A stretch of 64,000 bases of DNA from Balanoglossus misakiensis. Lineage: Eukaryota; Animalia; Hemichordata. The DNA lies in assembly GCA_040954595.2 (NCBI GenBank), contig CM082579.2, forward strand, positions 5,018,879-5,082,878, in the 5' to 3' direction. Under the pieces are notes generated by a model. That model did no database searches and was not told the origin of the DNA. It saw nothing but the letters and a program-made list of their open reading frames with translations. The position numbers and the translations under genes were made by a program. Each line of letters opens with the position of its first letter. Position 1 is the stretch's first letter. Shown here in pieces: positions 27,901 to 39,504 of this stretch.

Positions 27901-30900
27901 AAACAGAGTCTCCCGAGAAACACCATCCGTGCAGCGACCCAATCACCAAGGCCGTTTGAGAAACTTGAATCTTTTCTTCACCTCAGCTGGATAACTCACG
28001 ACAACATTATTGTCTTGTCAACGGCGCGACAGCGTTTAACCCTGGCTTTGGGTTATTAAACTTTGCCATCTTCCGGCAATCCATCCTCTTATTCTGTTCT
28101 ACTGTCACCAGATGCCTGCGGACTCTTCCAAATGCGGCATTTTCAAACCAATCAGTGAACTCTTCTAATGTGCTTTAAGTGAAATCCGCAAGCTGCACGC
28201 ACAGGAAATGAAATTTTATTTCGCCATAAAATGTTAAGTGTTGTCACGAAAAAAACTTCCAAACATGAAAAATGGCCGTGTTACCCCATAAAACTCCCCA
28301 CTTCTTTCCGCTTATCTGATTGGCGGAGGCTTTATTTTAAATTTCTGCAAAATTTCAACCCGCTACCTGTGGCAGACATGAGATTTTACAAAGAGTCACG
28401 TCAATATATACATGTACTGGAATTAATCACAAAGGTCAGTAAATGTCACCAAATTCAAAACGTCTGACTATATTACAGACTGCATCATCCAAGTCTGGGA
28501 GGAGAGGACAGCTTCTTGCACTGACGTGTGTGACGGAAGTAAATTAATCCCTGGCACGAAAAAAGACTGATGACGCTCTTCAGAATCCAATCGGTTTTGC
28601 AGGTCACAGAATCAATTCTGCGTGATCTCTCAGCAATTGCACATTACCGAATTGCGCACATGCATGGGAGGACACGACGAGACTTTTAATTCTAATTAAA
28701 AGATACGGCCGTGACGTGCAAACCCAACTGATGGCTTCGGACAAATGGGCATTCTTCAATTCTCAGGTTACCCGAGCATTTTCTCTCCCGAAGATTTATT
28801 GCCTGCTATGCGCAGATTAACTTTAAGTGGAGGGAGTAAAAACTGTTATGGAAGTTTCCGACCGTTTACGACGGAGGGCAAGTCAACCCCCTTCTTGGCG
28901 GGTGAATGCCAGGGAGTGTGACATGCCATCGTTGAGACCTACAAGTGCATGTACGCACAGGGTTGAATGTTCGAATGGTATTTCACACTGATCAGCACAC
29001 ACAAAAATATTTTCACACACGTGTAACCCTCTGATCTGAATTGCATTCCCCAGTCTCGCTGACGCCCGTTATATTAAAAAAAAGTTGAGTGTCCTGGACT
29101 CCTGTGTGACCGTGACATCCAACCCTCCGGCTTCTTCAAGTTCACTTACAAACGGCACTGTTTGCAGTCGTCTCATTTATTGTTGAGAGTTGGCCGGGAA
29201 TCATTTCCAGGTGGGAGAGTGATACAGAATACACTCTCTTCAAATGGCAGTAGCTTTCTGCAAAGTATCACAGCGCACTGGTGAAAAGTTACACTGGACG
29301 AACACACTGTTCAAAGGACAGCAGGTCGCAGTGTACATTGTAATTGCGACAGCTCAGCAGACAAGGGGACACTATCCTTGACTTCGAAATGACACGCAAG
29401 AATGTGTGGAATTGACCAAAGTGTAGAAAAGCACTTCTCCCCAGTGGCGATTGTCAAAACAGCGCTGACATACTTTGGTGGCTACTTGGTGCTTGTTTTT
29501 TTATCTTTTTGTTGACTTTAACGAAATCAATTTTCCAGGGGGTGGATATCTGCTGTAAAGGCCGTCCATTTCACAATCCATTTTCGGGACAAATGGTTAC
29601 CATGTTGCTGATAAGTTGCAATAATGTCCATATTTGTGATAATGTTCATTGTCGAAATAATGTAAATACCACTGAGTACTTGCCTTGCCTTTATTTTACC
29701 AGCAATTCAATTACATTCTTTCAAAAGCAGGGAGAACTGAATGTTCCCTTTTAGCAATGAGTCTAACCCCCTCAGCATTGCTGAAAATCCAAATTAGCAA
29801 TTAGACTATCGCATTTTGCAATTTCAATTGTAGAAACTCATTGTCCCGACGAAACAGGAATTCGTACCATGTACAATTGAATCCTGCAAAATGTGGCCAC
29901 TCTTTTGTTCTTGGGCAGTTTTGTGCACAAGACAGTGTAGCCAGATTCTTTTGTGGAATTCAATCGAACTGACACCCATTCACCAAATGCCCCCCATTTG
30001 AAAAGGGAATTAAAACAAGTCCAGGCAAACAGACACCATTCATTGGCCATGGCTCAGTTTTAGTCCCTCTCTTACAAGTTTTTGTGCGACACAAAAACAC
30101 CATTCTCAATGCGTCCACACATGTATGTTTTGACAGGAGTAGCAATAGGTGTCACCTTTGTTATCAAACAGGACGATAATTAGACGAAAAATTGGAGGTG
30201 TGTAAATTATGGTGACTGACAGTAAATCAGTGGTGGCTGATCACAATCAGGGCTCGCGATGGTCCCTCCCACTATTGTCCCCGGCTAAATGAAAGTGTTT
30301 TGTCTCAAGACAATAGCCCTGCTTGGCTATTCTCTTGTGTTTCTTGAAGATGAATGCGACAGTATTCAAGGGTGCCATACAAGTCTGATTACGGGAACCA
30401 ATGTTAGGTATTCTTGCATGGATCAATATCGGCAATCTTTTCCAGAAGCACAGAATGCTTGGCATTCAACAGAGGTTTGAATAAACTCTTTTCAATCATT
30501 GTTGACTCAGTATGGAATTCTGTGGCCACTATTCACATTACAGAACAAGGTAACATGTACGTTTGAATTACCCAATATAATTTACCCTATTTCCTCCTTT
30601 GCACAGACTTTTATGGCTCATTCTGTTTGAAAATAATAATATGGATTTCTGGATATATCTCCAGTATGCGGTGTGATAATTACAGTACACCACAAGATAC
30701 ACTTTGGGGTTTTGCCTGCAAACCTACCTTAACTTTTTTTCTGGGATATGATCTACGCAAAGTGGATTGAATCTTTCAGTGGTACTGAAATCAATAATCT
30801 CATTCTTTTTATCGCTTGACAATCTTACACAGAGTTTCACTGTGTTTACTGTGCCAGATTGCTCTACTTCTGAAAGGCATAATAAACATGTATGTACATG

Positions 30901-33900
30901 TACTATATTTATAAATGTGTTGAATGATCAATTAATCATTTAATTTGATGACTGTATTGTGCAGGCTTTGCTGCCCCATTTTTTTTTTTAAGAACCATTA
31001 ATGGCCCAATGGCCAAAGAACACACATACATTGATACATTGTAACAGTATTTACCAACACTTGTAACAAATACAAATGATAATGTTACCATCATCATCAT
31101 TTATATTGTACAAATTTGTATTCAGCCAAATCAGCTAATATAAAAGAGACTATTTATCCAGTCAAAACATCTGAAAAAATACACAACTGTAGCACAGCCA
31201 AAGAAAATATTCTAAAGTGAACCTCGATCATTACACAGTATCAATACAAACAAATATTTCTGCAATTGATGTCATCACTGTCCTTCACACGCAGTTAAGG
31301 CCTTGAGATCAGGCACTCCAAAAACTTCAAACATGATTCTCGCCATTTGTCAACAGCCGTGTGTATATTTTTTCCCTGTGTGCCTGGATGGCATAGCTTT
31401 CCTTCCATGCATGCCAGTGTTGCTGGCCTTCCCATGCATTCCATCACCGGGTGATTGTCTAAAATAATAAACTCCCCCCATAATCATCCACATGATACAG
31501 CCTCAGGATTAATATTTTGTCCTCTGGTTCCATGTGATGTGAATTATACAGCTGTTTTTGTCAATTCGGAGGGATTAACATTTCTGTATGCCTGGAATTT
31601 ATTTCAACAAAGTGGGTCGGTGCTTTTTGTAATTTTTTTCGGAGCTTTGTTTTGAACGTAATAGTTGTGAAACCACAAAGCAAGCTGGCATTTATAGCCT
31701 TGTCATTGATGAACACTATTTTAAACTATAGGATGTTTCAGAGTTCCAACACTATTGCTTTTCAAGACAAAATAATATAACCAGGAAATGTTGATTCCAG
31801 GACAGATTCAACATTCGTAACTAAAGATACACATTTCCTTAAAAATCATTTTCAGACTGCTGATCAACACGCATGCAGTCAAGGTTTCACATATTGCAAC
31901 AGAGGTCACTCACTAATTCGTTGGCTTACAAATATGATTTGAAAAATAGTATGGCCATGAATGGTCAATACATAGGGCAAACTGTGATTTACATTGTAAG
32001 CGACGAATACCTCGCGATAATTACATCAAGTCTATACTACAGTACAGCTGGTGATGAATGATTAAAATAAGCTCTGTGTATAGAGATTCAAAGCAATTCA
32101 CCATTTGAAGGTAATTCCCTGCTGATATTGAAAAGAATACAAATATATGTAAAGAATCTATATCTTATGAATAGCAAATAATCTCTTTTCACTGAGGAAT
32201 TTACCAATTATTTTTTATTTGGGCTAACCATACCATTTCATCGTGAATGCATGAAAACAGGGGTCAAACTCAGATTTTCCCACAATCAAAAATTGCAACC
32301 ATACCTAAGAACGCCCTCTACACATTAATATCCTGACACTGATTAATAGAGATAAAACAACTCAATTTACCATTTTAATTAACACAAACATTGATTTATT
32401 GACAGCTAATACGCTTGGTAATTGCATCCTGCCTGGGATAACAAAGGCCTCAATCACTTTCCAAAACAACCAATTTTCACACAGGATGGCTTGTTGACAT
32501 TGGGGCACTCCAATAAAAACTGTAATTGGATAGTCAGTTTTGATCAGGAACTGCCAGCCCAAAGATGATATTCATGATGTATATTTCAAATCTTTTAAGA
32601 TGCTACGTAATTGACAGGAGCAAAGCCAAATAATAAAATGTTTAGGAAATAAATGTTTATCAAAAACACTGCTATTATAAAAAAAATACATTTTCATACA
32701 GATTGTGCAAACATTCACAAAATATGGACACTGATCTCAAAGCAGATTGCAAAAGACAAGGTTTTAGGTATGGTTAGGATTTGCTTGTGGCAACATGAAT
32801 AGAATTAGAAAGACTTGGGCCAGGCCCACCCTTCGGGACAAAGTGTTCTGTTGGGATCACTGCAGTATATGCGACCTGTTGCATACATGGTATAGTTCTT
32901 TTTTACAAACTGGGTTATGTTTCTATTGAATCATTATTTGTGTGTGAAAGGGCCTTTCCACTGGGCAGCCCAAAGGACAGTCTCACATATCCAGCTTTCT
33001 TCTACTGTGTATACTGACCAGTCCCTATAAATTACACTGTTCAAATACACCTGACTTATCACAGTTAAGTTAAAACAAATGACTTTGATTGGGTTTCCAG
33101 GGAGACCGTTGATAAAATATCACTATTGTGCAAGGTACTTTGAGCCAATGTGTTATCGAAAACATCTCCACCCTTTTTTGTTGCGGCTCACACAGTCGAC
33201 CTTTACCCTTTCTCTTTTCAGGACGACTGCAATATAACATGACCTTGTACTTGACAGTTTGGGTAGAGTTTACAGCGGGTCAGCAACAAAGACGCTTTCT
33301 GATCATGGTCTCCTGGGACTAAGGTGCATTGTGTCTCCTCCGCAAGCCAATTTTTAAGATGATATATACTGCCTACAATTCCTAGTTTCAGTCGCGTATG
33401 ACTATTGTGTTAGAAAAGCAAAGACTTCCGGAATTTTTGGTGAGCCCGCAGCTCATTCACGTTGAGTACATCCATGGCCCCATCGATTGTGGGACGTCAT
33501 CTTTTGGGGTAGCCTTCGACAACATTGATTTTTGAAAATAATCTTTTAAATACTCTTTTTCTATGGATTATAATGGTACCAAACCTTCGGCAAGGACACC
33601 CCTTTCAGGTTGGAATGTCACCGGTTTCCACCCAACATCCCAAATGAAATAGACATCCGTGAGGAAACCAGTGGGTGGTGTTCCTTGCAAGTAGCACGCA
33701 AATATGAAATTGCCTTATCTGGTACGTCGGATCGGACTGCACAACCGGTTTGACACTGTGATTAACTTCCGCGGAAGTACGTACACAAGTACGTACGTCT
33801 ACGTCTGTCCTCAAAGACCGGTGTTTTTTTATAATCAAGGTATACCCCCCAAAGATCACTGAGCTAAGTCTAAAAACAGTACCAGTGAACTGTCATTTGC

Positions 33901-34274
33901 AGCAGATCGCGTCCAGACGACCATACGGATTCGTATGTAAACAGCAAGTCTCATATGTGGAATTCCAGATTCCAAATCTGGTGGGTTGTGTTTGTTGGAC
34001 CCGGGCCCGTTAACGTTTCACACAGATTTGGGTTTCTCAGAATACCACATCAAAACATTGCGTCGGAAAACATCGATATACACGCTGACGCGAGAGGATC
34101 ATTAATGTTTCATGAATATGATATTCTACAGGAGATGCAGCAGAATACAACTCATGACAGCAAAACCCACCAAGCTATAAAAAGCAAAACAAAAACAGAT
34201 GTATATCAACCATAAACCTGCCCGGTGTACGGTGATCATAGTAGCGTACGCTATCGCTGCATAGGGGTACGTAC

Positions 34275-34402
34275 CTGTCTCGTGGGTCGATCCATGACGT
34301 TTGCTTGGAGTTGTGGTCGATATAATACACTTTTCCATCATAGTCTCTTGCTTCCTGCCAACCAGCTGGCAAAGGGAGTTCTTCATTTCGGTTTTTGGGC
34401 AT
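34275..34402 (-). CDS. KIBRA: KIBRA/WWC coding exon 1 (WW1 domain)
   Basis: ATG at 34402; [42 protein letters not shown] carries the WW signature (LPxGW...YYxDH...TxWxDP); donor GAC AG|gtacgt in phase 2. Confidence 0.96.
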
Positions 34403-34907
34403 ATTTCCTGTAGATTCCGTCCATGAAATCGCGTTTGAATCTAGAGTAATCCGAAATGAACGTCCGCCATATTTGTTCCCAGCCAACCTCTAGTCAACTG
34501 AAATGAACATGGGCATTTGCATAAGAATAGTCTATTTGCATCGATAATAGCGTCAGTCGGGATAATGTGCCAGTCGGGATAAGTGACTTCATCAGATAAA
34601 TATTTAAATTTACATTTGGTGGTGACCAATCACGTTTTAGCTATTTTTATGATACGCGACGTAGGCATGTGGACGATACCACCAATGTCTGAAGGAAATC
34701 AGGATGTAAGTGGAGGGGTTGTTACTTAGAGTTTTGTCTGGAAACTTGAAAATAACCAAACTCTACACTATTGTGAGGCAAAACCACCCAAGACAGGGTC
34801 CAATTAATTGTGTTGTATTCTTTATGAAATAAAACCTGTTTCTTTGGCGATAGCAACGATTCCAGCGAAGGTCAACATATGACGTCATTTTGGCGCCAAT
34901 TTGCAAC
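34403..34907. promoter_or_regulatory. Putative bidirectional promoter and 5' UTRs shared by KIBRA (-) and DCTD (+)
   Basis: 505 bp between divergent start codons. Contains CRE TGACGTCA (34880-34887), E2F-type TTTGGCGC (34889-34896), CCAAT (34626, 34896) and a YY1-like CCGCCAT (34464-34470). TSSs cannot be seen directly. Confidence 0.65.
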
Positions 34908-35023
34908 ATGGCTGCACCAGATCAGGCTGGGGTAGATGATTTGAGTTCTACTCCGAAAAGATCTAAGCTTCACGACAAAAGGTCGAACCCGCAGATTGCT
35001 CAGGGACAAACCGATGAGACAGT
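34908..35023 (+). CDS. DCTD: dCMP deaminase coding exon 1 (N-terminal extension)
   Basis: caacATGG Kozak context; MAAPDQAGVDDLSSTPKRSKLHDKRSNPQIAQGQTDET(V); donor GT|gtaagt in phase 2, matching exon 2. The sequence itself is not conserved, so the call rests on start context and phase. Confidence 0.82.
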
Positions 35024-35128
35024 GTAAGTTTTATTGTGACGAGTCTCACTTTATATGTCATGACAAAATTTTCCCAAACATGCCCAGACACACTGACTGA
35101 CATGTGACCTTGTTTGTACTTTATACAG

Positions 35129-35234
35129 AAAATTAGACTTAAACCGAAAAAGATCGGACTACCTTAGTTGGGAGGATTACTTTATGGCAGTTGCATTTTT
35201 GTCTGCACAAAGAAGTAAGGACCCAAATTCGCAA
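35129..35234 (+). CDS. DCTD: dCMP deaminase coding exon 2
   Basis: ttatacag|A AAA TTA...TCG CAA|gtaagt; [35 protein letters not shown]. Confidence 0.96.
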
Positions 35235-35246
35235 GTAAGTCGCCAC

Positions 35247-35306
35247 TCATTCATTCATTCATTCATTCATTCATTCATTCATTCATTCATTCATTCATTC
35301 ATTCAT
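35247..35306 (+). repeat. (TCAT)15 tetranucleotide microsatellite in DCTD intron 2
   Basis: Perfect TCAT tandem run starting 12 nt after the splice donor. Confidence 0.97.
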
Positions 35307-35466
35307 TTCATGCATGATCTTGACATCTCGGAGAGTTAATTTGCTAGTTGCAAATATTTTTTCTGTTGTCTCTGGAAAGAAATACAGAGCCCATGGTGTC
35401 CTTCTGCGTTGATAGGCGTGCAAATAATTTTGGAGTGTTTATGGTATCACTTCTCTTTCGCTCAAG

Positions 35467-35602
35467 GTCGGCGCTTGCATTGTGAACGGCGAGAAGAAAA
35501 TAGTCGGCATCGGTTACAATGGAATGCCGATTGGCTGCAGTGATGATGTGTTGCCATGGCAACGGGTAGCGGAAGACAAATTGGACACAAAGTATCCATA
35601 TG
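35467..35602 (+). CDS. DCTD: dCMP deaminase coding exon 3
   Basis: ctcaag|GTC GGC GCT TGC...CCA TAT G|gtaaga; [45 protein letters not shown](V). Confidence 0.97.
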
Positions 35603-38292
35603 GTAAGAGCACAGGCTGTGATGGATAATCCCTTGGTGTTAAACATGAAAAGCAATGTTTTAATGCCAAGCTTCACCCCAGCCTGATTTTACAGAAATTC
35701 TGCAATAAGCATATTATGCATAATTAGGTTTCAGTGTATCTTTCATTTTGCCAAAAAAAAAGAAACCAACGAAAACTTGAAATAATGACTTAATTAGTAA
35801 TGACAGGACAAAAATGGTGATCTATGACACTTTCACCCTGATTTCACTATGTACAGGTCCACTTTGCCATTGAAAACAATTTTAGTGGAAGAAACTATAA
35901 TGGCTAAGGGGGATAAGACAATGCTCCAAGATATAAATATGCACAATCAATAAGTTAACAGTTCATTCATTGTGGCAGTTACTACAATGAAATACTTTCA
36001 TCATGAATGATGGATAGATTCAAATAATCTGTTTCTGGTTATAATAAACATGCAGTCCTCTTACTGGTGCCAGGCACATGACAACAAAAGTGAATGATTG
36101 TGTGTCATAGATATTAATAAAACTCGCACACACAATTACTAGCATGCAGATATAAATAAATTGCATGTTGTCACTTGTGATGATTACTCTAGTGAACTAT
36201 GTGGTCGCGGTTTCTAATAAAGGCTTAACCTGACCTTTGATTCAGATGCCATGAAGTGCGACATTTTAGTGTGTCTTATAGGGAAAGCTGTACATTCTGT
36301 GGCACTTACCTGCAGTCAAATTCTGCTGTCTGTGTTGTTGTACGGACAGGAGGTTTTCAAGTGTCTGTGCAATGTATGATGTATCTATATGGCTGTGATC
36401 ACCAGTGTCTGCTGTAGTGTGAGGAATGGTACTACCAGTGAGGGCGCTCTTCACAGCTGCAGTATATTGTGCTCGAGGGCAATTTATGAGAAAACTAATA
36501 TTTAAGTTTCATTGATATTCAACCTTGCACCCAATAAATACCACAGTGATAATGATGATAGTATATCTCCTCAGAACAAATAGTGAATTATACTTTGATC
36601 GATATTTATCATCCTTTTTTTTGTTGCACTTTACTGAAGGGTTTGAAACACTGGCCAAAATGAGGTGTCTATCACCAGGATCTGGCTTTGATTGACACGT
36701 CTTCGGTTTCCAAAAACTGCGCTACCACAAACTGGGTTAATGTCCTCAATCAGCAGGCTATGCTTGGAATCTCTGCGACCAAGCAATAATACCCAATTCC
36801 CCAGTTAGTCACTTGTCCAATTAGGCAAGAGTATTTTCTCAGCTGTATCTGGGAGTAAGTGTATCGGCCTGGTGCAAGGGGGGAAGAGACAGATTCGGTT
36901 CGGGCATTGTCAGAAAAGAGGATGTAGCTGCCAAGTTAGCCTTGGAGATAACACACTTCCAGATGATAAGGCATATTTGATAGCGACTTGAGGTTTCTGT
37001 TTTGTTGCGATACGAAACCCTGGCTTCCTGCGATGTTTCGGGGACCCCCCACCCTTCGAAAGAATGACCCAAGGTTATTTCCTACAAGCATGTTCAACAT
37101 GTTACCCGTGGCAGTGATCGTTGCTCCCTGGTAACCAGGAGTGAAGTTCAGGAATTTTTTTTTTTTTTCGGCACAAACCATCGCTAATGGCTTTCTTCTG
37201 TGCGAATCACACACAGGGGGTTTGGCTGTCAGGAATGCCGGTTTTGAATCATGATTGGCTGACATGCTGCAAATGGTAGGGGTGTCCATTGCTGCACATT
37301 CCTGGGTTTCAATGACAACTGTTGGAAACACAAACCAGACCTTGATCGTTGTAGATCTTGCAGGCTTGTCCCACCTTAAAAGGACAATAGCCGCGACTCC
37401 CGATGGCATTTTCTGAATTTTTGTTCTGTGTATCAAGTGTGATTTCGTGTTCTTCTCCCTGTCATTGTTGATATATGGTTAGGCCCTGACTTCAATAACC
37501 CCATGCAGTCGAAGCTGGTTATTCAAAATTTTAATTGGTAGATTGCACATCACCGGGTTAGAAAACTGTGGCAAAGCGTTTCCTGGTTCAAATCAGATCT
37601 GCAAATAAATTACACCATGAACATCTTTGAAGAAGCATTTCCTCATTGAGAATGCATAGTAATAGAACTGACCTATGCGTTGCAATAGACAGATCTGCTG
37701 GCTGAACGATTCGCCACCAAAGTTTGCAAACTGCTACAAAGGACTCTGCTGAACACGATTTGGAATTGGATACGTGGATAAAATTTGAAAAGGGGTCATT
37801 TTGAATGCACAAGTTTCACAAAGTGATATCAACAACCCCTATCCGTTTCAAGCTGCCAGTTTCGATGAGAGAATCTGACGAGGAGTCAGCCCACATTTTT
37901 TTAGTAGCAGTATGTGAAAGTGAGTCAAGTATTCCAGTCATATGGAAACTGACAGAGAATAAGTAATGATAATTAAAAAGTAACTTGTGCAGAATTGCTG
38001 AGTATGTCCCCCCCCCCCCCCACACACACACACACACTTCAGGAAGAGAATGAAGAGGAAGTATTAGAAGTCAGAGCTTTGTTTATTAGTTGTAAAGTGT
38101 TTGCTTTTTGCATATTTACATTTGGGTACTTCAAAGTCATTTTCACTCATCACATAATAATAGAGTTAAGTTGTTTCCTGTTTATTTCGACCTGCAAATA
38201 TTCCATTGTTATTCCTGCTCATATTGAGCTGTGATAACAGCAGTATGAAATCCCAGTCTTAACTAATACACACTGGTCTTGTGTCTCTGCAG

Positions 38293-38506
38293 TTTGCCAC
38301 GCTGAGCTGAATGCCATCCTCAACAAGAACTCGGCCGACGTCAAAGGATGCACCATGTATGTGGCGCTGTTCCCCTGCAACGAGTGTGCCAAGCTGGTGA
38401 TCCAGTCCCGCATCAAGGAAGTGGTGTACTTCTCCGACAAGTACCACGACACCCCGGAAATGACGGCCTCCAGGAAGATGATGGACTTGGCCGGTGTCCA
38501 GTACAG
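38293..38506 (+). CDS. DCTD: dCMP deaminase coding exon 4 (Zn-binding catalytic motifs)
   Basis: ctctgcag|TT TGC CAC GCT GAG...TAC AG|gtactg; [70 protein letters not shown](R). Confidence 0.97.
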
Positions 38507-38732
38507 GTACTGCAACTTCCTCCATATCTTGTGGCCTAATTCCCACAAATATTGATGGATTTTCCCTCACGTTTGACTGGGTTACTACAATTTTCAAGTC
38601 TTGGAAAGTCTTTCAGATTCTCGACCATTTCTTGTAGTGGTTTGTTGAAATTGATTGGACCATTTTACTGGCGAAACTGGTCACAACAAAGTGATACATT
38701 TTATTATTGTAATTATTTATTTTCTCTTACAG

Positions 38733-38823
38733 GCAATTTATACCAAAACGGAGGAAAATAGTGATTGACTTTGATTCTATTGACCCAAAGCAGAACCCGC
38801 TGAATTCAATAGCATCACCATGA
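38733..38823 (+). CDS. DCTD: dCMP deaminase coding exon 5 (terminal)
   Basis: tctcttacag|G CAA TTT ATA CCA...; QFIPKRRKIVIDFDSIDPKQNPLNSIASP*, with TGA at 38821-38823. Confidence 0.94.
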
Positions 38824-39052
38824 TAACTTGTAAAAAAATATACACTCTCTGTATTTTCCACTTGCTAAATGTTGGTTGGAATTTTCTTTTTCTGCGGTTG
38901 ACTCTCCAGCATGCTTTATCTGGAAAATTGTTTCCAGTGTGTGAATTTGATTTAATGTTTTTTGTTTTTGCCATTTACACTGAAAAGTTTCCTTTAGAAG
39001 TTTCCATACGTCAAGTAATGACTTTGTCATGTAACAGTTCTTCTTTGTATTG

Positions 39053-39058
39053 AATAAA
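39053..39058 (+). terminator. Probable DCTD polyadenylation signal
   Basis: First AATAAA ~230 nt after the stop, followed by GT-rich sequence. Confidence 0.6.
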
Positions 39059-39498
39059 TGTTACCATTTGAAAAAAAGTACTGGGTGTTTATCGATTTCT
39101 ATAGACTGTCAGAACTTAAAATAGACAGGTCTTTCTAATCAGAGTTTGCTCATTTGTACTGCCACCATCATAATAGTCTTTGCACATCTGGCCAAAAAAG
39201 CGCCACCAATGGTCATCCTATTAAACCTTTTTTCTGCCTGTGAATTCTGATGAGCGCCACCTTCAGTTCACAAAGTTGCGGAAACTTGGTGAAGTTTAGA
39301 AAAGATCATTACGGTTGTTCAATGATTGCTTCTGGGAGTAGTACAGCAAATCATCAACTAAGTGTACTATGCATTGTGTTCCACATCTGGTGTTCTTAAA
39401 CTTTTTATGATGAAACCATTCTGAAAGTCTTTCACATGAAGACTGGATAGAAACTAAGCGACAATCACACCGTTGTATATTGAAATAGAGCCACACAC

Positions 39499-39504
39499 TT
39501 TATT
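39499..39504 (-). terminator. Probable distal Shroom polyadenylation signal (implies ~3.2 kb 3' UTR)
   Basis: AATAAA on the minus strand (plus-strand tttatt) at the end of a long U-rich tract downstream of the Shroom stop. Confidence 0.5.

Larger units (their letters stand above)
32..34402 (-). other. KIBRA: KIBRA/WWC-family gene, span of coding exons seen (continues past left edge)
   Basis: Four phase-compatible exons splice to [130 protein letters not shown], the tandem-WW plus coiled-coil N-terminus of KIBRA/WWC1-3. Confidence 0.95.
34908..38823 (+). other. DCTD: dCMP deaminase gene span (5 coding exons, 663 nt, 220 aa, complete)
   Basis: Exons of 116+106+136+214+91 nt join in frame. The protein has [27 protein letters not shown], the zinc/catalytic CHAE and PCxxC motifs, and the C-terminal KIVIDFDSI. 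Confidence 0.97.

Noticed and set aside
28897-28912. Partial resemblance to the 3' half of mature miR-124 (GGTGAATGCC)
   Set aside because: The seed is absent and there is no hairpin.
380-33900. Numerous 60-170 aa ORFs in the KIBRA introns
   Set aside because: Many use non-ATG starts, have random Cys/His/Phe-rich composition and show no recognisable domain or splice support. This is expected noise.
34403-34486. 28-codon N-terminal extension of KIBRA shown in the ORF track
   Set aside because: It starts at TTG. The ATG at 34402 matches the family's N-terminus, and nothing supports non-AUG initiation.
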